A stretch of 52,591 nt of DNA from Neophaeotheca triangularis. Lineage: Eukaryota. The notes beneath the pieces were generated by a model. It did not search any database. It had not been told where the DNA came from and saw only the letters and a program-made list of their open reading frames with translations. Location of the stretch: NCBI GenBank assembly GCA_054600435.1, contig BAAIJX010000064.1, forward strand, positions 62,001 to 114,591. Reading direction: 5' to 3'. The position numbers and the translations under genes are program-made. Positions 1 through 9,316 of this stretch are shown in pieces (the stretch's first letter is position 1; every line of letters begins with the position of its first letter).

Positions 1-22
1 CCTAGATCCCAGCACTGCACCA

Positions 23-1558
23 TCAACAACACCCCTCGCCCTCAGCATGCTCATGATACCTAGCACAAAGCCCCCTGCCAGCCCAAGGCTTACAGCCACT
101 CGTATCGAGTCCCACGACCCAGCCCTCGCCAGCCTTCCTCAGACAAACGGCGCAAAAAGCCTTGTCGCAACTGACGCACTTCTCGGCGCCGACGCCGGGC
201 TTCAGAACCTCCTTGCAGCCCTCGCAGGCGCGCGAACTGCTCCAGCTGCCCGGGCGCCAGACAGCGAGGCCGTGCCGCTCGACGGCTTCGACGCCGGGGC
301 GTTTGAGCTTCACCACCAGCTCGCGGAGGAAGCGCGGGTGCCATTCGTCGCGGTGGCATTCGAGGAGTTTGTCGGTTTTCTTGTACGCGAAGAGGTCGAG
401 GACGAGGCGGCGGAGGGGCGAGTTTTCGCGGATGCTGTCGCAGAGGATCCACGTGTCCGACGGCGTGGGCACCGAGTTTGTCGTTTCCGAGAGCCGGGCG
501 ATGGTCGTGAGGATTGTGTTGGATAAGGGTGTGGTTAGCAGGCGGTCCGAGAGGGCGTAGAGGTCCATGAGGAGGAAGTATTTTGGGGATCCGGCCGAGT
601 TGCGGAGGTCGCCGTCGTGGTGGGTGTCGAGGAGGAGGTGGGGGGCGGATGGGGGGTGGGGTTGGGGGTGTTGCGCGTGCGAGGAGTTTGGGGGGGTCAG
701 GATAGTCGTTGTGGCGCCGCTTGCTGGCGTCGTGAGAGAGCCGGTGTACAGCCATTGCAGGAACCACTCGAAAATTTCGGGCTTTTCTTCGGGCAGCCGA
801 ACGGTTTGCTCGAGGCCTTCGGCGAAAGTGCCGTTCAGGGCGGCTGCGAAGAAGGGCGAGGAGCCGGTTATGAGTTCTTTGTGGACGAGGTATTGGGTCA
901 GGGGCCGGGATTTGCTGCCGTCTTCGCCTACGAAGACGGTGGCGACGCCGGAGAAGCTGCGGAAGGAGGTGCGGAGAGGTAGACGGTCGGGGGAACGACG
1001 AGGACGCGGGGAGCGGGAGCGCGGGATCGAGAGCGCGGGTTCGTGGGTGCCGCTGTTGCGATTGGCGCTTTCGGGGGACCGAGCGGACATGGTGTCACCA
1101 CGTACTCTGCGGCTTTCGTAGCGAGCTAGTGCTTCCATTCTCGAGCCCTCAAAGCCTACCCTAGACAGACCGACGGCGGGAGAGAAGAGCGAAGGTGCGA
1201 TAGTGGTGGCAACACCCTCCATCGGCGCCGGTCTACCTTCGTGAGTCGGTGAACCCGCCATGGGCGTATCGACGGGTGAATTAGTGGCAGAAGATGAAGC
1301 AGGCGAGGGCACTTCAGTAGTGGCTGGAACCATAGACATGTTCAAAGGCGTGGTGACGGTGAATCTATCCGGAGCTGACATGCGCTGAGGAGGTGGACGG
1401 CGAAACCACACGGGTGTCTCGTTGGGATCCAGGACGAAGGGGAGCCTGGGGCGATTGATGAGCCCGGAGAAGCTGAGGCGCTGTCGGCGAGGAGAAGTGT
1501 TTGTGTCTGCTGCTGACGCGCTTCTGTGATGGAGAAGGTTGCGAAAGGCCGTGGTCAA
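23..1558 (-). CDS. BTB/POZ domain protein with disordered N-terminus and C-terminal Cys cluster; start codon uncertain
   Basis: BTB signature VFVG..YLVHKELITGSSPFFAAALNGTFAEGLEQTVRLPEEKPEIFEWFLQWLYTG; C-terminal CEGC..CVSC..CAVC..C..YHEH. The ORF-track start at 1558 is TTG; the first in-frame ATG is at about 1382. Confidence 0.8.
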   Translation of the reverse strand: MTTAFRNLLHHRSASAADTNTSPRRQRLSFSGLINRPRLPFVLDPNETPVWFRRPPPQRMSAPDRFTVTTPLNMSMVPATTEVPSPASSSATNSPVDTPMAGSPTHEGRPAPMEGVATTIAPSLFSPAVGLSRVGFEGSRMEALARYESRRVRGDTMSARSPESANRNSGTHEPALSIPRSRSPRPRRSPDRLPLRTSFRSFSGVATVFVGEDGSKSRPLTQYLVHKELITGSSPFFAAALNGTFAEGLEQTVRLPEEKPEIFEWFLQWLYTGSLTTPASGATTTILTPPNSSHAQHPQPHPPSAPHLLLDTHHDGDLRNSAGSPKYFLLMDLYALSDRLLTTPLSNTILTTIARLSETTNSVPTPSDTWILCDSIRENSPLRRLVLDLFAYKKTDKLLECHRDEWHPRFLRELVVKLKRPGVEAVERHGLAVWRPGSWSSSRACEGCKEVLKPGVGAEKCVSCDKAFCAVCLRKAGEGWVVGLDTSGCKPWAGRGLCARYHEHAEGEGCC

Positions 1559-2374
1559 TGGTGTTGGAATTGTCGTACTTGTGATGGTGGGATAAAGTCA
1601 ATGCCCCTGAGTGGTGCGATACGGACGAACGACTGCAATCTTAAAAGGTGTGAATTGTTTGAGAGATGGGAAGAACGAGAGGTACTGTGCTGCTATGGCG
1701 AGACCAACAATGAGTAGGAAAAAGGCAAATAGGTCATCTCATACTTACCTGCAATTCGAGCCCTCGGCAGCGCATGTCTTTGTCGCAAGCGGTGTTATAC
1801 ATGCCTACCGAAAGCGGCCGTCGACGCCGCTGACTGCGGGCGCAAACGGAAAACAATGAGACAAACCGCTGAATCTCGCCGGGGAGTTTGGCTCGCATTG
1901 GACATTACTTGCATGTCACACTTGCTGCAGGTAGCCGTGCATTAGTAGACACCTTCATGGCTTCTTCAAATGAAATAGGACGAGAGGTCGATTTGGCGAA
2001 AGACAAATGGAGTTGGAAGGATTGTGTGAAGAATTGTCTCGACTGTGCATGCCGTCTAACGAAACGCCAGGAATGTAACCCCACTAGTGACAATGCCCTT
2101 GTCTAGTAGTACATTCCATCCAGCCTCGCAAAAATGCGCGAAAAAACGCCGTTCCGGTGTGCCGCAGCCATTTTTCCGTACCTAAGTACGCGTTGGGTTG
2201 AGGCCATGCAACAGCGCCGTCCAATCCCGCAGCATGTCTTTGTGGTAATAGTAGATGCCGTTGACTCTCAAGCTCCAATGCTGCTTTGTAGGACAATCTT
2301 CAAGAGTAAAAACTAGGTTAGCAAAACTCGTTATATAGCAAATATCACCCCTCCTAAGATATCATCACATGCCG

Positions 2375-2397
2375 CTCTCTCTCTCTCTCTCTGTCTC
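2375..2397. repeat. (CT)n/(AG)n microsatellite at the 3' end of the KH gene
   Basis: ctctctctctctctctctgtctc read directly. Confidence 0.9.
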
Positions 2398-3932
2398 TAA
2401 CGCGGCATAATCGCGTTCGAGTTCTTGCTCGACTCACCCAGCCTCGTGTAGAGCATGTACAGAGCCATCTGGTTGGCGGCCTGAGTGCCCGTGACGGTGA
2501 CGAGGCGCTCATTGGAGTTGTCCGAAGGCTCGTTGATCTTAATCACCGCACCACTGAGCTGACGGATTTCATTGATCTTGGCACCACCCTTGCCGATGAT
2601 TGCTCCAACCATGTCGTTGGGGATGAAGATTTGCTGAGTGAGGGGTTGACCGTGGGCGCCCTGAGCTTGCTGACCGGGCATAGGCTGAGCGGCCTGAGGA
2701 GGACCCTGGGCAGAGCCACCCATGTACTGCTGAGGGGGAGGCTGAGGGCCGACACCGGAGTAAGGAGTCTGCGGAGCGACTGGCTGGCCGTAGTGGGGCT
2801 GAGCCTGGACCGGAGTCGGCTGTTGCTCGTGACCGTAGCCCATACCGTAGCCCTGCTGAGGACGACCGCGACCCGCATCCTGACGACCGTACTGAGCTGG
2901 GCCGCTGTGCTGACCACCAGCGTGCTGAGGAACATAGGGAACGACTTGCATGCCACCGGGTACGACACCCTGAGGACCACCGTGACGAACAGCATAGGCC
3001 GAAGCAGCAGGACCTCCAAAGCGGTCAGTGAGCTGCTCAACGAGCGTGGTACCGACGTAGTAGGTAGCGATGTGGACCGCATCCGCAACGCCGAGAACAA
3101 CGAGAGAGCGCTCAGTGGAGAGTGGCAAGCACGACTCGGAAGCATTGAGTCTGGCGCCAGACAGTTCTTGAATTTCGCGGATGCGGACCCCCTGCTTGCC
3201 GATGATAGAGCCGATGAGAATATGAGGGACCAAAAGGCGGAGAGGATAGGTCTTGCTGTGGGCGGTGGAGGTCGCACTGAGAGACTCTTGGTTGAGCGTG
3301 CGGATGATGAGGCCGAAAGCCTTGGCGACAGCGTCGACAAGACCGGAGACGGTCAAGATGCGCTCGACGGCACCACGCGAGTACTCGGAGACAGTGCACT
3401 TGGCACCGGCCATCTGACGAATCTGACTGACGTTCTCACCACCTTTGCCGATGACAGTGGCCGCCTCGGCGCTCGAGATGATGGCACGCACGTGGAGCCA
3501 GCCAGTCTCATCCTGACGACTGTAACCCTTGTTGCCAGAGGCGCCGTTGGTGGATTCAGCGGAAGGGTCGCCGGAGTGAGCCTGAATTGGCTGAGTTTGG
3601 AGGATGGAGTTGGCCTCTGGGTTGGTGTTGACTGCAGGAGCATCCATCAGAGCGGTATCGCCATGCTTGTCGATGATGGCCTCTGCGGTGCTATCGGGTT
3701 CGCCGAGGTTGTTGCCGTGGCCAGAATCTCTCTGATCAGCGGCATCAGTAGTGGTCTCAAAGGTAGAGGCATCATCTGCGCCATCCTCCTGAAGTACCTT
3801 GTTCAGAGCAGGACGCTTTGCATCGGGCTGGTCAGTAGGACCGGATGGGGAAGAGGGCTCCTCAAGGGGACGCTTCTGGGTGGCAACGGGCGCCTCGGGG
3901 GCGGGCTGTGCTGGGGATTGTCGGTCTGCCAT
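2397..3932 (-). CDS. Triple-KH-domain RNA-binding protein (hnRNP K / Hek2-Khd1 / Pbp2 / Rnc1 family); last exon unresolved
   Basis: Three KH GxxG loops: VIGKGGENV, IIGKQGVRI, IIGKGGAKI. ATG at 3932 (MADRQ). GTGAGT donor at 2437 directly after ALYMLYTRL. Confidence 0.9.
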   Translation of the reverse strand: MADRQSPAQPAPEAPVATQKRPLEEPSSPSGPTDQPDAKRPALNKVLQEDGADDASTFETTTDAADQRDSGHGNNLGEPDSTAEAIIDKHGDTALMDAPAVNTNPEANSILQTQPIQAHSGDPSAESTNGASGNKGYSRQDETGWLHVRAIISSAEAATVIGKGGENVSQIRQMAGAKCTVSEYSRGAVERILTVSGLVDAVAKAFGLIIRTLNQESLSATSTAHSKTYPLRLLVPHILIGSIIGKQGVRIREIQELSGARLNASESCLPLSTERSLVVLGVADAVHIATYYVGTTLVEQLTDRFGGPAASAYAVRHGGPQGVVPGGMQVVPYVPQHAGGQHSGPAQYGRQDAGRGRPQQGYGMGYGHEQQPTPVQAQPHYGQPVAPQTPYSGVGPQPPPQQYMGGSAQGPPQAAQPMPGQQAQGAHGQPLTQQIFIPNDMVGAIIGKGGAKINEIRQLSGAVIKINEPSDNSNERLVTVTGTQAANQMALYMLYTRLGESSKNSNAIMPR

Positions 3933-4339
3933 TGCTTCGATCACGTGGGATTTATGGTGAAGGGGTAGTGGGTCTGAGATTGTTAGAGTCGGTCGGAAAG
4001 GTTTGATTGGTCTGTCCTAAGCCTAGCTACACGTGATGGTGCAGGGTAGGGCGTGAGGGCGGGAGGCGGGAGGCGGCGAGAGAGGCTCGGAATGGTAGTG
4101 TACGAACGTGGAGGGTGGTGAAGTATTGGTACAGCGGTTCAAGGAGCGTGTGGGTGGTGGGAGGTGATGAAGCTCGGAAGAGGAGGTGGTGGAGGAGTTG
4201 AAGGTAGTGGCGGAAGCAGTGCTGTTGACTTGATGGAACTTGGAAGGTGGTGTTCGGAAGAGGGCCGGGAAGAGGTGTTGTTCTGGTGGAGTGGTAAGGT
4301 AGTTGGTGAAGAGTGTCGCGAAGTGGTGAAGGTCGGTGC

Positions 4340-4445
4340 TTGAAGAAGAGGTGGAGGATGTGGTGGTGGTGGTAAGGTAGTAGTAGTTGCTGTAATTGTT
4401 GTTGTTGTTGCTGGAGGAGGTGGTGGTGGTGGTGGTGGTGAAGAT
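4340..4445 (-). repeat. Mixed CNN trinucleotide tract (CAC/CAA/CTA) upstream of the KH gene
   Basis: Plus strand shows (ggt)n, (gtt)n and (gta)n runs. Confidence 0.85.
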
Positions 4446-4579
4446 TGGCAGGTGAAGTTGAAGTTGATTAACTGAGGGTGACGTCAAAGGAGACTGGACT
4501 GCCAGGTGCAGGTGCAGATGGTGCAAGTGGTGGGTGGTTCTTGCTGCCCCTGAGCGCTTCAGTTACCTTAACTCGCGCT

Positions 4580-4820
4580 TCACGTGATGGGAAGGTAAAG
4601 TGCTGGCTGGGTTGGACAAAGTTGGTTAACGTTGTCAAGTTGGGAGAAGGAGAAGGAGAAGGAGAAGGAGAAGGAGAAGGAGTGAAAGCTGGCGAAAAGC
4701 AAAGAAAGACACTGGAACCTTAGGTGGAAGGTGGAAAGGAAGGTCGGAAAGGTCCGCCGCACGCAGTCAAAAAGCGGAGATCCCGCTAGCGCGCCTTGGC
4801 AAGTTTCACCGCGTCACGTG
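4580..4820. promoter_or_regulatory. Two E-box (TCACGTG) sites in the KH/HAUS1 divergent promoter
   Basis: TCACGTGA at 4580-4587 and GTCACGTG at 4813-4820 match the Cbf1-type bHLH consensus; function is inferred. Confidence 0.4.
4644..4682. repeat. (GAAGGA)n hexamer repeat in the divergent intergenic region
   Basis: About 6 copies read directly. Confidence 0.9.
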
Positions 4821-5006
4821 CTGACGACCAACATGGCCATTCACTCCAACAAACAAAAATCTATACCGGCCTCATAAAGCTAAACACCAACCAAACTATG
4901 TCCACCCACTGAATCCATCCCAAAGCCGCAATCTCAATACCAACGTCCATACCATTCCAGTCCAAGAACATCAGCCAGAATAAAAAAAACCCCTTTTCTT
5001 CCCCCC

Positions 5007-5864
5007 ATGGACCCCTCAATCCTCTTCTCCCCCTCCAAAGCCCGCCAACACGAAGCCCAAGCCCGCGACTGGGTCTATATCGACACCTGGCTCGCGCGCA
5101 AATACCGGGTCCCGCCGGCTTTCGAGCGCAACGAACAGACTCTTCAGGCGCTCTTGGCATTGGCGAGCGCGACCGACGGCGCCGACGAAACGCGGGACTT
5201 GCGGTGTCAGGTTGAGAAGGCTGCGTTGGGGGAGTTGAGGGAGCGGGAGGGGGGTTTGAGTGGTAGGGAGCGGGAGGTTTATGGGGTTTTGGGGGAGGCG
5301 GTGGAGGGGGTGGGTGGTGGCGAGAGTTTGGGGGCGTTGGCTGGGGCTGCCGTCGCGGTCGATGCGGTCGATGGGGAGGGGGTCGGGGAGTTGGGAGGGA
5401 AGGTTGTTGCTTTGACTCATCGGCGGTTTGAGCTTGAGGAGCGGGTTAGGAGGGTCGAGGCGCAGTTGGGTAGTTTGAGGGCTGAGCAGGCTCGGACGGA
5501 GGCTTTGATTCTGGACTTGCAGGATGAGGGCTTTCAAGTGTCTTCTGAGCTGCCTCGGCAGATTTCAGAGTGGCAGAGGAATTCAAAGCATCTCAAGGCT
5601 AAGATTGCCGAGTACGATGAGAGACTTGGTGGGGCAAAAACCACGGGTAACGCCATCGAACGGCTGCACCAGATTGAAATATTGATTGCGGAGACCGCAA
5701 AGCAGGAGAAGCGATTGGCAGAGCTACACGCAGAGCTGGAAGTCTACCAAGACCTACCAGCAGACGTACGAGGCGCGCAGCAAAAGCTCGACAAAGCACG
5801 TAACGAACTGGCCGAGCTCACTATGAAACGCGACGGCCTTTTTGAAGGACTCTCCAACGGCTGA
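5007..5864 (+). CDS. Augmin complex subunit 1-like (HAUS1) coiled-coil protein
   Basis: N-terminal W..IDTWLARKY..VPPAFERNEQTLQALLALA motif recalled from fungal HAUS1-like proteins; C-terminal L..YQDLPADV..A..KL coiled coil; 285 aa, intronless. Confidence 0.65.
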   Translation: MDPSILFSPSKARQHEAQARDWVYIDTWLARKYRVPPAFERNEQTLQALLALASATDGADETRDLRCQVEKAALGELREREGGLSGREREVYGVLGEAVEGVGGGESLGALAGAAVAVDAVDGEGVGELGGKVVALTHRRFELEERVRRVEAQLGSLRAEQARTEALILDLQDEGFQVSSELPRQISEWQRNSKHLKAKIAEYDERLGGAKTTGNAIERLHQIEILIAETAKQEKRLAELHAELEVYQDLPADVRGAQQKLDKARNELAELTMKRDGLFEGLSNG

Positions 5865-5901
5865 GGTCCCGCATTTTCATTCACAAAAATCCAAACCTTA
5901 C

Positions 5902-6876
5902 CTACAAACTCCGACAAAACCTCGCCACCTCCTCACCCACCCGGTCACCAGCCTCAATGCAATGCCAATGCCCCACGCCCTCCAAAACCTTCAACTCCTT
6001 ACGATCCCGCAACCCATCCATAATCGTCCGACACCCTTCCAACGGCGCCGACTTATCCTCATCACCCGCAAGAACCAAAACAGGCGCCTGGATCTTCGCG
6101 TACTCGGGCTCCTTGGCATTGACAATGACATTGCAATGCGAAGCATAAGCCTTGGGGTCCTGAGCGAGCAGCAACTCGCGGATCATGGCCCGTTGCAGAG
6201 GAGTGCTCGCGCTGTTGGTGGCCGCAGTGGGGATGGTATCGGCGAGGGGCTCCATGCCATCTGCAGCCATGACAAGAGTCAGCCAAAACCGCTCCAAACT
6301 AGTCCTCTCCCCATAAACCTAAAAAGCACCAAACCGGATCCAACCCCCAAAAGACCAAAGAAGAAAAGGAAAACAAAGCCAAAAGGAAAAAATCCAAAAC
6401 CAACCCTTAAGCACAATGCGAACCCTCCCAGCAAAAACCTCCCCCTTCACACTACCAGGGCTCACGGGCCCCAGGGCCACCACGCCCCGGACCCTGCGAG
6501 GCCACAGCGCAGCAACCGCCAACGCCAAGGTGGCACCCATGGAATGCCCAACCAGCACGACGCTCTCCAGCCCCAAAACGTCGCAAACCCCTACAACATC
6601 TTGCGCCAGAAATTCCATGGACAGGTCGTCGGTTGAAGCAGAGGTTTTGAGCGAGCGCCCGGCGCCGTGGGTGTCGAGGCTGAGGCAGCGGAATTGGGGC
6701 GCTGGGAGGGAGGGGAGGAGGGGGTGGTAGTAGTTTTGGGAGCTTCCGAGGCCGTGGAGGAGGAGGAGCGTGGTCTGTTGTGGTTTTGGGGATTGGGGGG
6801 ACGGAGGGTTGGGGCTGGGGTGGGTGTCGTGGTAGTGGAGGGTGTGGCCGGTCGTTGGGACGGTTAGGTAGGGCAT
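5902..6876 (-). CDS. Alpha/beta hydrolase (3-oxoadipate enol-lactonase-like); exons 6876-6405 and 6260-5902
   Basis: HGLG oxyanion motif, GHSMG nucleophile elbow, GDEDKSAP acid and GVGHWH histidine. Intron GTTGGT..GCTGAC..CAG joins IVLK-D-GMEPLA in frame. Confidence 0.88.
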
Positions 6877-8088
6877 TTTGGTTTGCTAGGGAACTGTGGT
6901 TTGGGGTTTGGGGTTCTTAGGCGGCTCTAGGTAGGCTGTCGTCGTTCGTGGTGTTTGTTGTTTAGTCTTGATCTTAGGCCGGGTCCTGGTAGTAACTTTA
7001 GAAACCCCCAACAGTAGGTATAGATGTAGTCTTTACAGGCTCCGGTTCAGTCAGTCAATCTGGTCACGAATACTAAAGATAAGTAAGAAGAAGAAGAAGC
7101 AAGATATCAACAGCGGCACCCAACCTCGTCACGTGTGTCCTGCGTTCGGTGAGCTCGCCCCAGGCACCGCAAGACAGCCCTAGAGTGGAGAGAAGAGTGG
7201 AGTTTAGTGAGGGGCATACACACATACCTTACTTTGCTACTTACACCCGACCTTCCCAAGCTTCCAAGGCCATGTACAAGACGGAAATAAACCCAATCTT
7301 AAGCCGACCAACGCCCGCCGCTACTTTGCACGTCTACGAAGGTATAACTTCATCTATAGTTTACCCTATCAAGGAGGCGGAGTCTTAAATCAATATGAAT
7401 GTCAATCTTAATGAGTAGCACTACCACCATCAGTGGCACGACGGTTAGTAGCAACAAAACATCAGCAACAAACCACAAACTTCCACACCATCGTAGAGAG
7501 AAAAGAGAAAGAGCAACACGTAAAAACCCCTTTACACAGTGCAGGAATTCCCACGACCATACTCTAGCCTAATCACGCCCGACCCCATCACTCCCCCTAA
7601 AACCCCGGGCCCTCTCCCCTTAAACCCCACATACCCTACCCTACCATACCATTGCCATCGCCTTCCACCAAACGCGCCCGCCCTTATCCGTCAACTCGCC
7701 ACAAATCTCGGAACCCAGCCACTTATGCTTGCCCACCTCTCGCGAGGAAAGAAAACGAGCAAACACAGTCATCAGGCGCAAGGGGAAAGCGAGACAGCAA
7801 AACAGCACGGTCTCGCCACCCGCACGCCGCGCAATGCTCTTGACCACACGCGCAACAGCTTGGGGATTTGATGATCCCGGACTGATAGCTTTGGTGTGGC
7901 GTAACGCATCGCAGCGCCTTCAAAAAGAAAAAGAGGCGCAAAACAGGAAGATTGTTGTTATGTATGTGCTCTTCCGTTGGAAACCGGTGATCGAGCGGGA
8001 AATGGAAGAAAAAGACAAGGAAAAATGTTGCTCGGTCGTCAATGGGGATAAAGGGTCGTCAGATCGGTTTGGATGTGGAGGATGCTCG

Positions 8089-9316
8089 TTAACCTCGATC
8101 GGGGTTGGCGACCTGTTTTTGCGTTATCGAAGTTAGCAATTGGCCTTTATGTTATAGTGGAAAGATTGTCAAGCATCCACTCGGAACACAATCCCCGCAG
8201 AAGAAAAGTGTAGCAGGGAAAGACGCACCCTCAGTATTCGTCGCGAGTAATCCTCATTGTCTGCGATACTGCCCACGCTATTCCTCCGCCCGACTTCCGG
8301 GTCCAATCTCTGGTCGCTCATCTGGCTGTAGCCGGTGTTCGGCGGCCGGCTGGTCTCGCGCATCCCCGGAGCGGCACCGCCACCGGCCATGAAGTCCGAG
8401 ACTTGGTTGGAGCGGTTGTACTCTTGTTCAGCGCGCTGCTTTCTCCTTCTGCGGATGAAGAAGAAGGCTCCGACGGCAATGGCGATGAGGACGAGAACGC
8501 CAACTACGACGCCGGCTGCGATACCGGCGACGTTTGTGTCGGAGCCAGAGTCGTCCGAGTTGTTTTCTTCTTCTTCTTCTGGGGAGAGGCTTTGGCGGGA
8601 TCTGTCGGCGTCGGCGTTGTCGGGGGCGGGAGTCTGCGTGACTACAACGGTGGTACCGGGGGCGACGCTGGTGATGACAGAAGGCTGGGCAGTGCTGGCG
8701 CGTGTGGTCTCTCGTGGGGCGCTGCTTGTTGTGGTTGAAGAGTCTGAGTCGGAGTTAGAGCTTGAGCTAGAACTAGCGCTGTCATCGTCATCGTCGTCAT
8801 CATCGCTGCTGTTGTTGGAGTCGTTGTTGTTACCACTGTTGCCTCCGCTGCCAACGTTGGAGACATCATCGTCATCCTTTTCGCCCGTGAGGTAGACACT
8901 GTAGTACCCATCACCACCACCTACATTGCATGTTAGTTGGTTCAGCCGCGTGTGATCTTCTCCAAAAGGTTTTGCTTACAATCCTCCTGCCTGTAGCCGT
9001 TGCAACCCGTATCGCAGTTTGAATCATCCACCAAACTGTCCTCCGGTGGTAGTTGATCTCCGCACCAACAATCGCTTCCTCCACTAAGACCCAGCACAGC
9101 CGAGCCTTGATCCACACATATCGGTTGGCAGTATCCAGATGTTTGGTAGATATGAGAGCCCTGGTCGCTCAAGCCCCGGCTCGAAGAGTAGCAGCCCTTG
9201 TAAGTCATGGCGTTTAAGCCTTGGGCCATGGCCAGGATGGGTAGGTAGGCTAGCAGCGACATAATGGCGAGTGTATGAACCGCGTATGCGGAGGTAGATC
9301 GAAGAGGTGCTGACAT
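8089..9316 (-). CDS. WSC-domain cell-wall integrity sensor (Wsc1/Slg1-like); exons 9316-8980, 8920-8229, 8112-8089
   Basis: Signal peptide, Cys-rich WSC domain (YKGCYSS..C..C..CWCG..C..GC.G..CGG), Ser/Thr/Asp stalk, TM segment AGIAAGVVVGVLVLIAIAVGAFFFI, tail DYSRRILRVANPDRG; canonical GT-AG introns with CTAAC branch sites. Confidence 0.92.

Noticed and set aside
2300..2370. GTGATGA box-C-like motif in the KH 3' intron region (possible C/D snoRNA)
   Set aside because: No downstream CTGA box D or terminal stem at a suitable distance.
2631..3968. 445-aa plus-strand ORF antisense to the KH gene
   Set aside because: Shadow frame of a strongly codon-biased gene; no domain, non-ATG start.
4023..4526. 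167-aa Thr/Ser/His-rich ORF upstream of the KH gene
   Set aside because: TTG start; it is the translation of trinucleotide repeats. Treated as leader sequence.
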